DNA of 64,000 bases from Nitrospirales bacterium. GTDB lineage: Bacteria > Nitrospirota > Nitrospiria > Nitrospirales > UBA8639. Under the pieces are notes generated by a model that was given only the letters and a program-made list of their open reading frames with translations, was not told where the DNA came from and ran no database searches. Shown here in pieces: positions 9,677 to 21,795 of this stretch (its first letter is position 1; every line of letters begins with the position of its first letter). The stretch is taken from positions 352,001-416,000 of the forward strand of contig OY820905.2 in NCBI GenBank assembly GCA_963555755.3, in the 5' to 3' direction. Made by a program: the position numbers and the translations under genes.

Positions 9677-11145
9677 CAATACTGTTCACTTAGATGAAAA
9701 TCTGTTATACTTCGCCTCCACACGTAATCTGGGAGGAGGCAACATGGCAAGAAAGAAAGTCGGCTTGGGGGCGGGGGCTCGATTGGCGGATTATTTGAGC
9801 ACGGGATTACTGGCTCGTGCCTTTCCGGTGGCCATCATCAACGAAGAACTTGACGCACATCATTGTAACAGTGAACGTGTCCGCACCTTTCCCGCTTCTG
9901 CCGTGGTGTACTACACCATGGCGTTGAGCTTATACAGCGAGGCCGCGTACGAAGCGGTGTTTGCCGCTGTGGCCCAAGGGCTGGCATGGAAAGACCACAA
10001 ACCCGTTGCTCCCGTGACCGTTGTCAAATCAGCCATCAGCAAAGCCCGCTCACGGCTGACGTGGCAGGCGCTGAAAGCCATTGGACAGCGCTGCTTGCGC
10101 CCGTTGGCTCGTCCAGAGCATGCCCACGCCTTTTTTGCAGGCTACCGACTCGTCGCGATAGATGGCTCCAACTTTGAGGTCCCGGATGAGGAAGCCAATG
10201 TGCAAGCCTTTGGGTACCCAGGGAGCCGAACCGGGCAGGCCGGCTACCCCCAAGCCCAGTGCGCCATTTTGACGGAATGTGCCAGTCACGCCATTTTGGA
10301 TGCCGAACTAGGGGCCTATAAGCAGGCCGAATGGGAGGTGGCCGCGCCCTTGGTGCGTCGCCTCACGCCCGACATGCTCTGCATGGCCGATCGCGGCTTT
10401 GTCGGGTACGCCCATTGGCAGGCCGGCCTTCAGACCGGAGCGCAACTACTCTGGCGCATGCCGAAGAGCTTGATCCTTCCAGTTGACAAGCTGTTGGACG
10501 ATGGCTCGTACCTGAGCCATCTGTATCCCAGTGAACGCGCCAGAAGAAAGCGAATTGATGGGATCGCCATCAGGGTGATTGAGTATGTCTTACCGCAGGG
10601 GCCCAATAGCGAACCGCTGTACCGTCTCGTCACCACGCTGCTGGATGACCAAGGCGCACCCGCCCAGGACCTGGCTCAACTGTATCACGAGCGCTGGGAG
10701 GTGGAATTGGTGTTTGATGAGCTGAAGACGCACCTGAGGCAACGTCGTCGCGTCCTGCGCAGTAAAACGCCAGAGTTGGTGCGTCAAGAGTTCTACGGAT
10801 GGGTGATGGCCCACTACGCCGTGCGCTGGTTGATGTATCAAGGGGCCACCCAGGCAGACATCCCTGACCGCACGGTATCTTTTACGGCCACGGTGCAGTT
10901 AGTGCGTCGAACCCTGCCCCAATCTGGGGCCCTTCCCCCCTGAGCGCCAAAAAACATGGTATCGGCTGCTGTTTGAGGCGACGGCGAAACTGTTGTGTGA
11001 ATCCAGTCGTGGAAAAATCAAGCCGAGGATGGTGAAACGCCGAAACTCTCCATACGCACCGTACAAACGTCCGAGACCGCCCGTTGCGCAAATTGACTGG
11101 ACACCATCCATCAAACCACCGAAGATATCTAAGTGAACAGTATTG
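9677..11145 (+). mobile_element. IS4-family insertion sequence, copy 2 (1469 bp, not identical to copy 1)
   Basis: Same TIRs; 10 bp TSD AGACCTGACC (9667-9676, 11146-11155). Confidence 0.93.
9744..10943 (+). CDS. IS4-family DDE transposase
   Basis: Near-identical to 8223-9422. Confidence 0.93.
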   Translation: MARKKVGLGAGARLADYLSTGLLARAFPVAIINEELDAHHCNSERVRTFPASAVVYYTMALSLYSEAAYEAVFAAVAQGLAWKDHKPVAPVTVVKSAISKARSRLTWQALKAIGQRCLRPLARPEHAHAFFAGYRLVAIDGSNFEVPDEEANVQAFGYPGSRTGQAGYPQAQCAILTECASHAILDAELGAYKQAEWEVAAPLVRRLTPDMLCMADRGFVGYAHWQAGLQTGAQLLWRMPKSLILPVDKLLDDGSYLSHLYPSERARRKRIDGIAIRVIEYVLPQGPNSEPLYRLVTTLLDDQGAPAQDLAQLYHERWEVELVFDELKTHLRQRRRVLRSKTPELVRQEFYGWVMAHYAVRWLMYQGATQADIPDRTVSFTATVQLVRRTLPQSGALPP

Positions 11146-11176
11146 AGACCTGACCCCCAACCTGACCCCCAACCCC

Positions 11177-11345
11177 GAGACGTTCACCGTGGAAGGGTAC
11201 AACAGCTTGTTTCGACATTTTCTGGCACGCTTCCGTCGCAAAACGAAATGTGAGAGCAACAGCGAAACCATGTTGCGGTATTCGGTCATGCTGTTGATGG
11301 CCCAATGGAACGGCGAGCTAGGATATATCTTAAATTAACAATGCC
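11177..11345 (+). pseudogene. IS1-family transposase C-terminal relic with probable right end
   Basis: Reads ETFTVEGYNSLFRHFLARFRRKTKC...; ends in AACAATGCC, similar to IS1-type termini. Confidence 0.65.
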
Positions 11346-11733
11346 ATATTCTGTATGATCCATCTTTTCTTTGTATGGTGATATAAACCCTTAGTTAATT
11401 GTATAAATTGACTTAATTGAAGTGATATATTATTGTAAGAGTATATTACTCTATTTGTAATTGAATTGGGGCATATACGCTCATGTTAAATGTACCGTTA
11501 ACCTAGGGAGTACCTGCAAAGCCGTTTCAGCGTTCGAGGGCCTCTTCCGTACTTCTCGTCAAGTAACGCGTAGGGCCGAAACTGGCCACCTTCCCCTTCC
11601 CCTTTCTCTACAACGCGGGTTTCTGACACATCTCCGAAAGGCATACAGCCTGATGGAGATCATCGTCAGCGTGTGGTCACAGGATGACATGAACCTAAGG
11701 ATCGAGCGATCCCAGACACCTAAAGGAGAATCT

Positions 11734-14562
11734 ATGACCATCACCCATCACCCGATCTTATCCTTCTGTCCCATCCTAAGGGGCGTGAGTCGTCGCCCCT
11801 GGTGGGGGCTGCTTGGAGGCATCCTGCTGCTGCTGTGTACCGGCCTGAGTCTCCCCGACCAAGTCCTGGCCCAATCGGCTTCGCTCAGCGCGGGGGGCTA
11901 CCACACCTGTGCCCTGGGAGCCGACGGAACGATCTCTTGCTGGGGGAATGATTACTACGACCAAACGATTGTGCCGACCGGGCTCGTTGCCGCGGCCGTC
12001 AGCGCGGGCCGCAACTACACCTGTGCCCTGAAGGCCGACGGGACGATCTCCTGCTGGGGGAATAATGACTTCGACCAAACTGACATACCAGGCGGGCTCG
12101 GGCCCGCCATGGCGGTCACCACCGGCGACTTTCACACCTGTGCCCTGGGGGCTGACGGGACGGTCACTTGCTGGGGGCAGGATAACAACGGCCAAACGAC
12201 GGGCGTGCCCGACGACCTCGTCGCCACAGCCGTCAGCCTGGGTCTCCACCACACCTGTGCCCTGGAAGCCGCCGGAACGGTCTCCTGTTGGGGGGATGAA
12301 TACTTCGAACAAACGTGGGTGCCGGACGGGCTCGGACCCGCCACGGCCGTCAGCGCGGGCGAATCCCACACCTGTGCCCTAGGAGCCGACGGGACGGTCA
12401 CCTGCTGGGGGCATGATCAATTCGGCCAAACGACGGTGCCGAACGAAATAAAGGATAAGCTTGACCCGAGTTTTATGGGGGCCATGGCGGTTAGCGCGGG
12501 CGGGCGTCACACCTGTGCCCTGAGGGTCGACGGGACGGTCATCTGCTGGGGAGACAATCGTGAAGGCCAAACGGACGATGGGCCGGCCGGGCTCGTTGCC
12601 ACGGCCATCAGTGCGGGCGAATCCCACACCTGTGCCCTGGAAGTCGGTGGAGGGGTCATCTGCTGGGGATACAATGGCTCTGGCCAAACGAATGTGCCGG
12701 GTGACCTCGTCGTCACGCTGGACGCCATTACCGTCACACCAGAGAATCCCACAATCGCCGTGGGGGCCACCCAAGCCATGACGGCTACTGGAACCTTTAG
12801 TGATGGGAATACCGCTGACCTCATGTCCAGCCTTCCCTTGCGGGCTACGGCGCTCAGCGCGGCTGGGGGTCACACCTGTGCCCTGGGCGCCGACGGGACG
12901 GCGAGCTGCTGGGGGTTGAATGATGGCGGTCAAATAAACGTCCCGGACGAGCTCGGGCCTGTCAAGGCGATCAGCGCCGGAGGCTTTCACAGCTGTGTCC
13001 TAAAGGCCGACGGGACCGTCTCCTGCTGGGGAGCCAATGCTGACGGACAACTAGAGGTACCGAACGAGCTCGGGCCTGTCAAGGCGATCAGCGCCGGAGC
13101 CTTTCACACCTGTGCCCTAAAGACTGACGGGCCTGTTACCTGCTGGGGGCGGAATGGGGATGGCCAAACAGATGTGCCAATAACCCTCGGACCCGCCATA
13201 GCCGTCAGCGCCGGAACCTTCTCCACCTGTGCCATGGAGGCTGATGGGATGGTCATCTGTTGGGGGCTGAATGACGAAGGCCAAACAGATGTGCCGAACG
13301 AGCTGGGACCCTTCAGAGCGATCAGCGCAAGCGTGTCAAACGCGTATTACTGTGCCCTTGGGCCAGACGGGAGCGTGACCTGCTGGGGAAATAATAATTA
13401 CGACCAAACTGATGTACCCCTCAACCTCGGCCCCGTCACGGCAATTGGCGCAGGCGGCGCACACAGCTGTGCCCTAAAGGCCGACGGGACCGTCTCCTGC
13501 TGGGGAGCCAATTTCAACAATCAGTTGAATGTGCCAGCCGGACTCGGCCCCGTGAGGGCGCTCAGCGCGGCTGCGGGTCACAGCTGTGCCCTAACAGTCG
13601 ACGGGACCGTCTCCTGCTGGGGGTTCAATCTCTACGGCTCATTGGACATCCCCGTGTCTCGCCCCACTTGGGAAAGTTCGGATCTGGTTGTGGCCACCAT
13701 CGACGAGACCGGGCTTGCCACGGGCATGGCGGTAGGCACCACCACCCTGTCCGCGAACCTGTTCGGCGTGTCGGGGCAGATTTCCTTGACGGTGGAGGAT
13801 CCAACCCCGCCGGAGATTACGCCCTTGGTCACCGGCACGCACGGCACGGATGTCTCCATCGGGCAGACGTTCGGGTGGTATACCTCCGACGTCACGGTGA
13901 CCTGGGAGGTGAGTGATCCCGAGTCGACCATTACGGAACAACTTGGCTGTAACGAAACTATCATCAGTGCGGATACGGATGCCGCCGGCGTGACCGTCAC
14001 CTGTACGGCCCAATCGGCCGGCGGGGCGCGTTCCGTTACCGTGACGATTCTGAAGGACAGCACCCTGGCGACGGTGAGTCTGCTGACGCCCCCCGATGGG
14101 GCCACATATGTGGTGACACAACCCGTGGTGGCCGAGTGGAGTGTGAGTGATGCCAGTCCCGGCTCGGGAGTGAGTACCTCTACTGGGACGGTACCAAGTG
14201 GCCAGTTGATTGATACCACCACGGTGGGGGACCAAACCTTTACCGTTGAAGTTACGGATGGGGCCGGACTCATGACCACGGTGACGCATCAGTATACGGT
14301 CGTCACGCCAGTGGAGGCCCTGGCCACCTTCGTGGGCCACGTGCAGAGCCTGGGCCTGCCGCATGGCCTCACGAACAGCCTGGTCAAAAAGCTGGAGAAT
14401 GCCAGCCAGGATCTCGACAACGACGATCCTGCTCGGGCTGCGGGGAAACTCCAATCGTTCATAAAGGCGGTGAATAGGCAAACGGGGAAGAAGATTGCCC
14501 CCGACGATGCGGCAGCCTTGATTGCGCAGGCGCAAATTATCCTGGCCGCGATCATTCCGTAA
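11734..14562 (+). CDS. Secreted RCC1-repeat surface protein: two 7-repeat propellers, split Big_2-like domain, Ig-like stalk, FIMAH-like C-terminus
   Basis: AAGGAG RBS before ATG 11734; signal peptide; 14 SAG.xHTCAL..DGTV.CWG repeats. Confidence 0.88.
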   Translation: MTITHHPILSFCPILRGVSRRPWWGLLGGILLLLCTGLSLPDQVLAQSASLSAGGYHTCALGADGTISCWGNDYYDQTIVPTGLVAAAVSAGRNYTCALKADGTISCWGNNDFDQTDIPGGLGPAMAVTTGDFHTCALGADGTVTCWGQDNNGQTTGVPDDLVATAVSLGLHHTCALEAAGTVSCWGDEYFEQTWVPDGLGPATAVSAGESHTCALGADGTVTCWGHDQFGQTTVPNEIKDKLDPSFMGAMAVSAGGRHTCALRVDGTVICWGDNREGQTDDGPAGLVATAISAGESHTCALEVGGGVICWGYNGSGQTNVPGDLVVTLDAITVTPENPTIAVGATQAMTATGTFSDGNTADLMSSLPLRATALSAAGGHTCALGADGTASCWGLNDGGQINVPDELGPVKAISAGGFHSCVLKADGTVSCWGANADGQLEVPNELGPVKAISAGAFHTCALKTDGPVTCWGRNGDGQTDVPITLGPAIAVSAGTFSTCAMEADGMVICWGLNDEGQTDVPNELGPFRAISASVSNAYYCALGPDGSVTCWGNNNYDQTDVPLNLGPVTAIGAGGAHSCALKADGTVSCWGANFNNQLNVPAGLGPVRALSAAAGHSCALTVDGTVSCWGFNLYGSLDIPVSRPTWESSDLVVATIDETGLATGMAVGTTTLSANLFGVSGQISLTVEDPTPPEITPLVTGTHGTDVSIGQTFGWYTSDVTVTWEVSDPESTITEQLGCNETIISADTDAAGVTVTCTAQSAGGARSVTVTILKDSTLATVSLLTPPDGATYVVTQPVVAEWSVSDASPGSGVSTSTGTVPSGQLIDTTTVGDQTFTVEVTDGAGLMTTVTHQYTVVTPVEALATFVGHVQSLGLPHGLTNSLVKKLENASQDLDNDDPARAAGKLQSFIKAVNRQTGKKIAPDDAAALIAQAQIILAAIIP

Positions 14563-14750
14563 CCGGCACCGCTTCCTCAGGGGAGAGGCCACGACTCGTG
14601 GCCTCTCCCCATGAATCAAGGGGACCGTTAGAAGAAGCCGTATCAACCAACCCCTCGCGAATAACGCTGGGGGAACACCAGCAAGCCAGCGCGTGGCCCC
14701 ATTAATGAACCTGAGGATCGAGCGATCCCAGACAATTATTAGGAGAATCT

Positions 14751-17700
14751 ATGACCATCACCCAACACCCGACCTTATCCTTCTGTCCCATCGTAAGGGA
14801 CCTCTGTCGTCGCCCCTGGTGGGGGCTGCTGGGGGGCATCCTGCTGCTCCTGCTCGGCAGCCTGAGCCTGCCCGACCAGGTCCAAGCCCAATCGGCTTCG
14901 GTCAGCACGGGCGGCTACCACACCTGTGCCCTGGGGGTCGACGGGACGGTCACCTGCTGGGGGAAGAATACCGACGGCCAAACGACGGTGCCGACCAACC
15001 TCGGGCCCGCCAAGGCGGTCAGCGCGGGCCGCTACCACACCTGTGCCCTGGGGGCTGACGGGGCGGTCACCTGCTGGGGGTGGAATATCAACGGCCAAAC
15101 GACGGTGCCGGACGGACTCGTCGCCACGGCGATCAGCACGCGCTACTACCACACCTGTGCCCTGGGGGCCGACGGGACGGTCACCTGCTGGGGGTTGAAT
15201 GACAGCGGCCAAACGACGGTGCCGGACGGACTCGTCGCCACGGCCGTCAGCGCGGGTGGCGACCACACCTGTGCCCTGGGGACCACCGGGACGGTCACCT
15301 GCTGGGGGGGGAATTTTTCCGGCCAAAGGACGGTGCCGGACGGACTCGTCGCCACGGCCGTCAGCGCGGGCCTCACCCACACCTGTGCCCTAGGAGCCGA
15401 CGGGACGGTCACCTGCTGGGGGCGGAATACTTACGGCCAAACGACGGTGCCGGACGGGCTCGTCGCCATGGCCGTCAGCGTGGGCCGCACGCACACCTGT
15501 GCCCTGGGGGTTGACGGGACGGTCACCTGCTGGGGGTCGAATACCTACGACCAAAGGGATGTGCCGTACGGACTCGAGCTCGCCACGGCGGTCAGCGCGG
15601 GAGAATACCACACCTGTGCCCTGGGGACCGACGGGACGGTCACCTGCTGGGGGTACAATAACGACGGCCAAACGACGGTGCCGTCCGAACTCGTCGTCAC
15701 GCTCGACACCATTGCCGTCACACCAATGGATCCCATCATCGACGCGGGGGCAACCCAAGCCATGAATGCCACCGGGACCTTTAGTGATGGGATGGAGGCC
15801 GATCTTACCCCTGGACTCCCCATCCTGACCACAAGGGCCAGCGAGGGAAGGGACCACACCTGTGCCCTGAGGGCTGACGGGACGGTCACCTGTTGGGGAT
15901 CTAATAGCGACGGCCAAACGATGGTGCCAACCGGACTCGGGCCCGCCACGGCGGTCAGCGCGGGGGGCGCCCACACCTGTGCCCGTGGGGCTGACGGGAC
16001 GGTCACCTGTTGGGGATCTGATAGCGACGGCCAAAAGAATGATGTCCCATTCGGCCTTGTCGCCAGGGCAATCAGCGCGGGCGACGCCCACACCTGTGCC
16101 CTAGGGGCTGACGGGACGATCAGCTGCTGGGGGAATGATACCTTCGAGCAAACGACGGGGCCGGACGGGTTCGTCGCCTCGGTGGTCAGCGCGGGCGGCG
16201 GCCACACCTGTGCCCTAGGGGCTGACGGGACGATCAGCTGCTGGGGGAATGATACCTTCGGGCAAACGACGGGGCCGGCCGGGTTCGTCGCCTCGGCGGT
16301 CAGCGCGGGCGGCGCCCACACCTGTGCCCGTGAGGCTGACGGGACGGTCACCTGTTGGGGATCTAATAGCGACGGCCAATCGGATGATGCCCCAGCCGGC
16401 CTTGTCGCCACGGCGGTCAGCGCGGGGGGCGCCCACACCTGTGCCTTGGAGGCCGACGGGACGGTCACCTGCTGGGGGCGGAATAATGACGGCCAATCGG
16501 TGTTGCCGGACCAGCTCGGGCCCTTCACGGCCGTCAGCGCGGGCTACGAACACACCTGCGCCCTGAGGGGTGACGGGACGGTCACCTGCCGGGGGAATAA
16601 TGCCTACGGCCAAACGGAAGAGGCCGTGGATCGCCCTACTTGGGGGAGCACAGATCTGGCCGTGGGGACCATCGACGCTAATGGCCTCGCCACTGGCGTG
16701 GCGGGGGGCACCACCGACCTGTGGGCGGACCTGTTCGACGTGTCGGGGCTGACCACGTTGACGGTGGTGGCTGGGGAGGATACGGTGCCCCCCGTGGTGA
16801 CGGCCCCTTCGTCGATTACGGTCGAAGCCGTGGATAGCGACGGAACGCCCGCTACCAATTCAATCATTGACACATTCCTGGGCGCCGCCACGGCTACCGA
16901 TGAGGTGGACGGGCCGTTGCCCACAACCAATGATGCGCCGGCGAATTTCCGGCTTGGCATCACCACGGTCACGTTTATCGCGACGGATGCGGCAGGGAAC
17001 ACGGGCAGCGACACCTCAACCGTGACGGTGGCCGACACCACCCTGCCCGTGATCACCTTGCTGGGGGCCTCCTCAGTGACGGTGGAAGTGGGCAGTCTCT
17101 ACGATGCGAGCGTGGATGCGGGGGCGACGGCCGCGGATACGGTGGATGGGGATCTCACGGGCAGCCTCGTGACTGGCGGCCTGCCGGTGGACACGAGTGC
17201 GACGGGGACCTTCCAGGTCACCTATGACGTTTCGGACCAGGCCGGCAACCCCGCCACGCAGGTGACCCGCACGGTCCATGTCGTGGACACCACCCTGCCC
17301 GTGATCACCTTGCTGGGGGCCTCCTCAGTGACGGTGGAAGTGGGCAGCCCGTATACGGATGCCGGGGCGACGGCCGCGGATACGGTGGATGGGGATCTCA
17401 CGGGCAGCCTCGTGACTGGCGGCCTGCCGGTGGACACGAGTGCGACGGGGACCTTCCAGGTCACCTATGACGTTTCGGACCAGGCCGGCAACCCCGCCAC
17501 GCAGGTGACCCGCACGGTCCATGTCGTGGACACCACCCTGCCCGTGATCACCTTGCTGGGGGCCTCCTCAGTGACGGTGGAAGTGGGCAGCCCGTATACG
17601 GATGCCGGGGCGACGGCCGCGGATACGGTGGATGGGGATCTCACGGGCAGCCTCGTGACTGGCGGCCTGCCGGTGGACACGAGTGCGACGGGGACCTTCC

Positions 17701-19119
17701 AGGTCACCTATGACGTTTCGGACCAGGCCGGCAACCCCGCCACGCAGGTGACCCGCACGGTCCATGTCGTGGATACCACGCCACCCGTGATTACGTTGGT
17801 GGGCACCAGCCCGGTGACGGTGGAAGTGGGCAGCCCGTATACGGATGCCGGGGCGACGGCCGCGGATACGGTGGATGGGGATCTCACGGGCAGCCTCGTG
17901 ACTGGCGGCCTTGGACACGAGTGCGACGGGGACCTTCCAGGTCACCTATGACGTTTCGGACCAGGCCGGCAACCCCGCCACGCAGGTGACCCGCATGGTG
18001 ACGGTGATGAATACCCCCCCCGTGGTCACCAGTCTCTCGTTAAATTCCGCCTCTATCAATGAGAATGACAGCGTGACGCTCGTTGGACATTTTGCCGACC
18101 CGACGAGCATTGATAGCCACACAGTAAGCATCACCTGGGGAGAGGGGTTACCCATTACAGTCGTGAATCTTCCTCCGGGCTTGCGAACATTCCAGGTCGT
18201 GCATCAATACCTCGATGATGTACCGACCCATACGCCGCTGGATAGTTCTCTCATTCAGGTAGCGGTGACCGATTCGCAAGGAGGTGTTGGAGGGAATTCC
18301 ACGAATATTGTCGTAAACAATGTAGCGCCGGTGATTCCAGTAGATGGAATTAGTGGACCGGTTGGGCCCATTGCGTTAGGGGTGGCAGCCCTTGTGACGG
18401 CAACCTTTAATGATGTGGGTAGTTTGGACACGCATACGTGTACATTTTCTTGGGGTGATGGCACGGCAGATGACGTCGTGGCGCTAGTTGGGACAGGCAA
18501 TACGTCATGTGCCGCGTCGCACCCCTATGCTGGTCCCGGCATCTATCAAGTCACCACCACCGTGGAGGATGATGACACGGGGACGGTCAGTCGCCCCTTT
18601 GACTTTGTGGTGGTTTACGATCCGGATGGCGGGTTTGTCACCGGTGGAGGATTCATTGATAGCCCAAGAGGCGCTTATCAGCCCGATCCAACGTTGACCG
18701 GCAAGGCGAATTTTAGTTTTGTGTCGAAGTATAAAAAAGGGGCTAAGATTCCGACCGGCAATACGCAATTTCACTTTAAAGCGGCAAGCGTTAATTTCCA
18801 CAGCTCCAACTATGAATGGTTAGTCGTGGCGGGCGCGAAAGCGCAATTTAAGGGCTCTGGAAAGGTCAATGGGCACTTCGGGTCGGATGGGGTGAGTGGA
18901 TACGGGTTCCTGTTAACCGCCACGGATGGGCAACGAGCGGGCGGTGGCGGCGTTGATAAGTTCCGTATCAAAGTGGTGGACAAGGCCACCGATACCGTTG
19001 TGTACGACAATAATACGAGTGGGTCAGACGATATTGATGCCGCCAACCCCCAGGAAATTAGCGGGGGCAGTATTGTCATTCATACGAAGAAACATACGAA
19101 GAAACAAACGAAGAGATAA
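14751..19119 (+). pseudogene. Second RCC1-repeat surface protein (14 RCC1 repeats, HYR, four DUF5011-like repeats, PKD-like, C-terminal beta domain), frameshifted near 17910
   Basis: ORFs 14751-17951 and 17911-19119 join across a 5 bp deletion (CCTGCCGGTGGAC to CCTTGGAC) in the fourth repeat. Confidence 0.82.
17034..18005 (+). repeat. Four tandem ~243 bp intragenic repeats (DTTLPVITLLGASSVTVEVGSPY...)
   Basis: Near-identical DNA units with 243 bp period. Confidence 0.9.
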
Positions 19120-19259
19120 CCGAATATTCCCACCAAGGAGCCCATCCAAGATGACCGATCGTCACGAGGTTGAGCTGGTTGGAGTCAGATTGTTCGATCG
19201 TGTGGGGCGAGTGGGGACTATTGAACGACAAGGATCGGACAATCTGGCCAAATCCATGG

Positions 19260-19712
19260 GGGATACGACAGACGCAGGCGAGTCCGTCACCTGTACGGCC
19301 CACTCGGCCGGCGAGGAGAGCTCGGTCACCGTGACGATTTTGAAAGACAGCACCCCGCCGGCGGTGAGTCTGGTGACGCCCCACGAGGAGTGGGCCACCT
19401 ATGTGGTGGCACAACAGGTGTTGGCCGAGTGGAGCGTGAGTGATACCATCCCCGGCTCGGCGCTAAGCACTTCCAGAGGGACGGAATCGAATGGCGACCC
19501 GCTGGATACGGCCACGGTGGGGGACAAGGATTTTACCGTCGAGGCCACGGATGGGGCCGGATTCATGACCACGGTGACGCATCAGTATAAGGTGATTTCG
19601 CCCGTGCAGGCCCTGGCCACCTGTATCGGCCAAGTACAGAGGTTGGGCCTCCCGAGAGGGATCACGACCAGTCTGGTCAAGAAGTGTGAGAATGCCAGCA
19701 AGGATCTCGACG
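19260..19712 (+). pseudogene. Relic of a third RCC1-protein paralog (C-terminal Ig and FIMAH-like part)
   Basis: VTCTAHSAG...VTVTILKDST...SLVKKCENASKDLD is homologous to 13975-14420. Confidence 0.8.
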
Positions 19713-19972
19713 GAGCGGCTGTCACGCGGGAGCACGAAGAGACAGAGCTGGCCCCGTCAAGGGAGACTGGCGATGAAGCCAAACCGTGGACAGATCAAGA
19801 TGAGGAGAATCAACGGCTGCGAAGAGCTGCCCGCGATCATCAAGCAGCGCGAGGGCGCGAAGAGATACCATTCACCAAACCGACGCTAAGAGGACTACGC
19901 CTGGGTCGAATTCCTACGAGAAATAGGGACACATCCGGTCGTGGCGGCGAGCAAGAGAAAGGACAAATCATC

Positions 19973-20515
19973 ATGCATCATTGGAGAATTGAGCTTCGTT
20001 CGAGGAGTATCTGGGGGCTGAGATGTGTGGCCCTGCTGTTGGCGGGGCTAGCAATGGCCACAGCGGCCGACCCGGCCCTCGCGGCCTCCCCTAAGGAATA
20101 TAACGTAGCCAAGATGAGGTACGAGAACAAAGGAGGCTACACCGCCAAGGTGTACGCCGTCTTCAAGCACACAAAGGGCAGCAAGACGATGCGGTGCAAA
20201 GTGGAGCGCGGCCCCCGCGACTCGGCCGTAGTCGCAGCAGACGAAGCTGTTACATACAGAATGAACACAAACGGCCCATGGCAGGCAGACTCGGGCAATC
20301 CATCCGCCTGCCCTGACAGTCCGAACGCTGGGGCTGAAGTATGGCTGCAGATTCACATTGTGAATGGCGATGTGGAGAGCTGCCGAAAAAACGGGGCCAG
20401 ATACTTCTACTCCGCGAACGGCGGCACCGTCAGGTACGTGACCAAGGGCACCACGCTGAACAACAATCGCTGTCGGAACGACAGCCCCGCGGAGAGCTAC
20501 AGAATAGACAACTAG
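19973..20515 (+). CDS. Small secreted Cys-containing protein, family A
   Basis: AAGGA RBS; signal peptide; ENKGGY, EVWLQI..GDVESCRK, KGTTLNNNRCR. Confidence 0.8.
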   Translation: MHHWRIELRSRSIWGLRCVALLLAGLAMATAADPALAASPKEYNVAKMRYENKGGYTAKVYAVFKHTKGSKTMRCKVERGPRDSAVVAADEAVTYRMNTNGPWQADSGNPSACPDSPNAGAEVWLQIHIVNGDVESCRKNGARYFYSANGGTVRYVTKGTTLNNNRCRNDSPAESYRIDN

Positions 20516-20676
20516 GCCCTGTGAAAGCGAAAGTGTAGTTTGGTGCCATTTGGTTTCAGTCTTCGAGACCGACAGGTGCCGCGAGCGCCGGTTCACCCTA
20601 GGCCGCCTCCGGGAGAGGAATACGCTCGTCCATGTCGAGTTCGAAGAGCCCATAGGGGTTGACGTGGCTGTAGATC

Positions 20677-20696
20677 GGGAATAGGAATTTTAAACG
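20677..20696 (-). mobile_element. IS91/ISCR oriIS-like terminus
   Basis: Minus strand CGTTTAAAATTCCTATTCCC, identical to 37977-37996, which lies downstream of an IS91 transposase relic. Confidence 0.72.
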
Positions 20697-20924
20697 CTAT
20701 TTTAGGGGAATCGGAAACGTTTCGAAGAGACCGTGGGCTGTCAATCAGACCGTGGGCTGTCAATCAGGCCAGTCGCGGACTCAACATGATGGGAGAGAGG
20801 CTTCGAGCATGGCGTTCCTGGCCCTTGGACACATTTGGCGCACAGGCGATTCCCAAGAATGGCGACACAGAGGGGCATCTGAGGTGGTGAAGACCAAGGG
20901 GGATTGTGGGCTCAGCGTGTGAAC

Positions 20925-21795
20925 CGGAGCGAACGAAGTAAAAACAGTTGGTGTAACCGAACGCCGCAACGGTCATCAGCACCGCCAACGGCAACATCAA
21001 CTCAAGCGGCTTGGTGAACTCGAGATTGGCGGCAACGATGAACAGCGGCTTGAAGGCGTCCACGCCGAAAGCCAAGCTGAACACTGAATAGGAGACCGTC
21101 GTGGCGATGAACGCCGGGATCAGTGCTTCGGCCTCAAAATCCGGATCCCGGTACATCACCTCGATGGCGAAGATCGCGCCGGCGAGGGGGGCATGAAAGA
21201 TCGCCCCGATGCCCGCGCCCAGGCCGGCGGCCATGAGCATGCGCCGTTCGCTGTCGGACAATTTCAATCTTGTCGCCAAAAAGGATCCGAAACCCGCGCC
21301 GATCTGCGCGATCGGTCCTTCCCGGCCGCCCGACCCGCCCGTCCCCAGCGTAATGGCGGACGAGATCATTTTGATCAGGGGCACGCGGGCCCGGATGATG
21401 CCCCGATCGTGGTGATAAGCCTTGATCGCTGCATCCGTACCGTGGCCTTCAGCTTCGGGCGCAAATCTGAATACCAGCCAGCCGCTGACCAGCCCGCCGG
21501 CGGCTGGGATCAGAATCAACAGCCACGGCGTAATATCGGTCTTGGCCTCGTCGTCGTGCATCTCAATCGGCGATATCTGATGCAGTTCCGTTTCATTGGC
21601 TGGTCCCTTTTGTTCATAGCCGACCGCCTGCGCCAGCGCGAAAAGGGTGACCACCAGGCAAAGCAGGTGAAACAGGATCGCCCCCAGGCCCGCCACCACA
21701 CCAACCACCGCCGCCAGTCCCATCAACCGACCCAGCGCCCGGCCACCTGATTCCGGCAAGATGCCGACGCGATGTAAAAGGTGCTTGATATCCAT
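20925..21795 (-). pseudogene. ClC chloride channel/antiporter, 3'-truncated
   Basis: EAEGHGTD, GGSGGREGP, FHAPLAGAIFAIE; similarity ends near 20925. Confidence 0.85.

Noticed and set aside
8156..11145. Composite transposon or assembly duplication
   Set aside because: Only 52 bp separate the copies, each has its own TSD, and they differ by SNPs
11461..11733. Longer N-terminus of RCC1 protein 1, or a riboswitch in the leader
   Set aside because: The RBS and the paralog support the start at 11734; no riboswitch consensus could be convincingly matched by eye
11880..18005. CRISPR-like periodic repeats
   Set aside because: Repeats are in-frame coding units (RCC1, DUF5011-like); no cas genes
18926..20515. 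529 aa ORF as one real fusion protein
   Set aside because: Patchwork of alternate-frame overlap, a relic paralog tail and a gene with its own RBS and signal peptide at 19973
20728..20767. 19 bp tandem duplication AGACCGTGGGCTGTCAATC
   Set aside because: Only two units; most simply replication slippage
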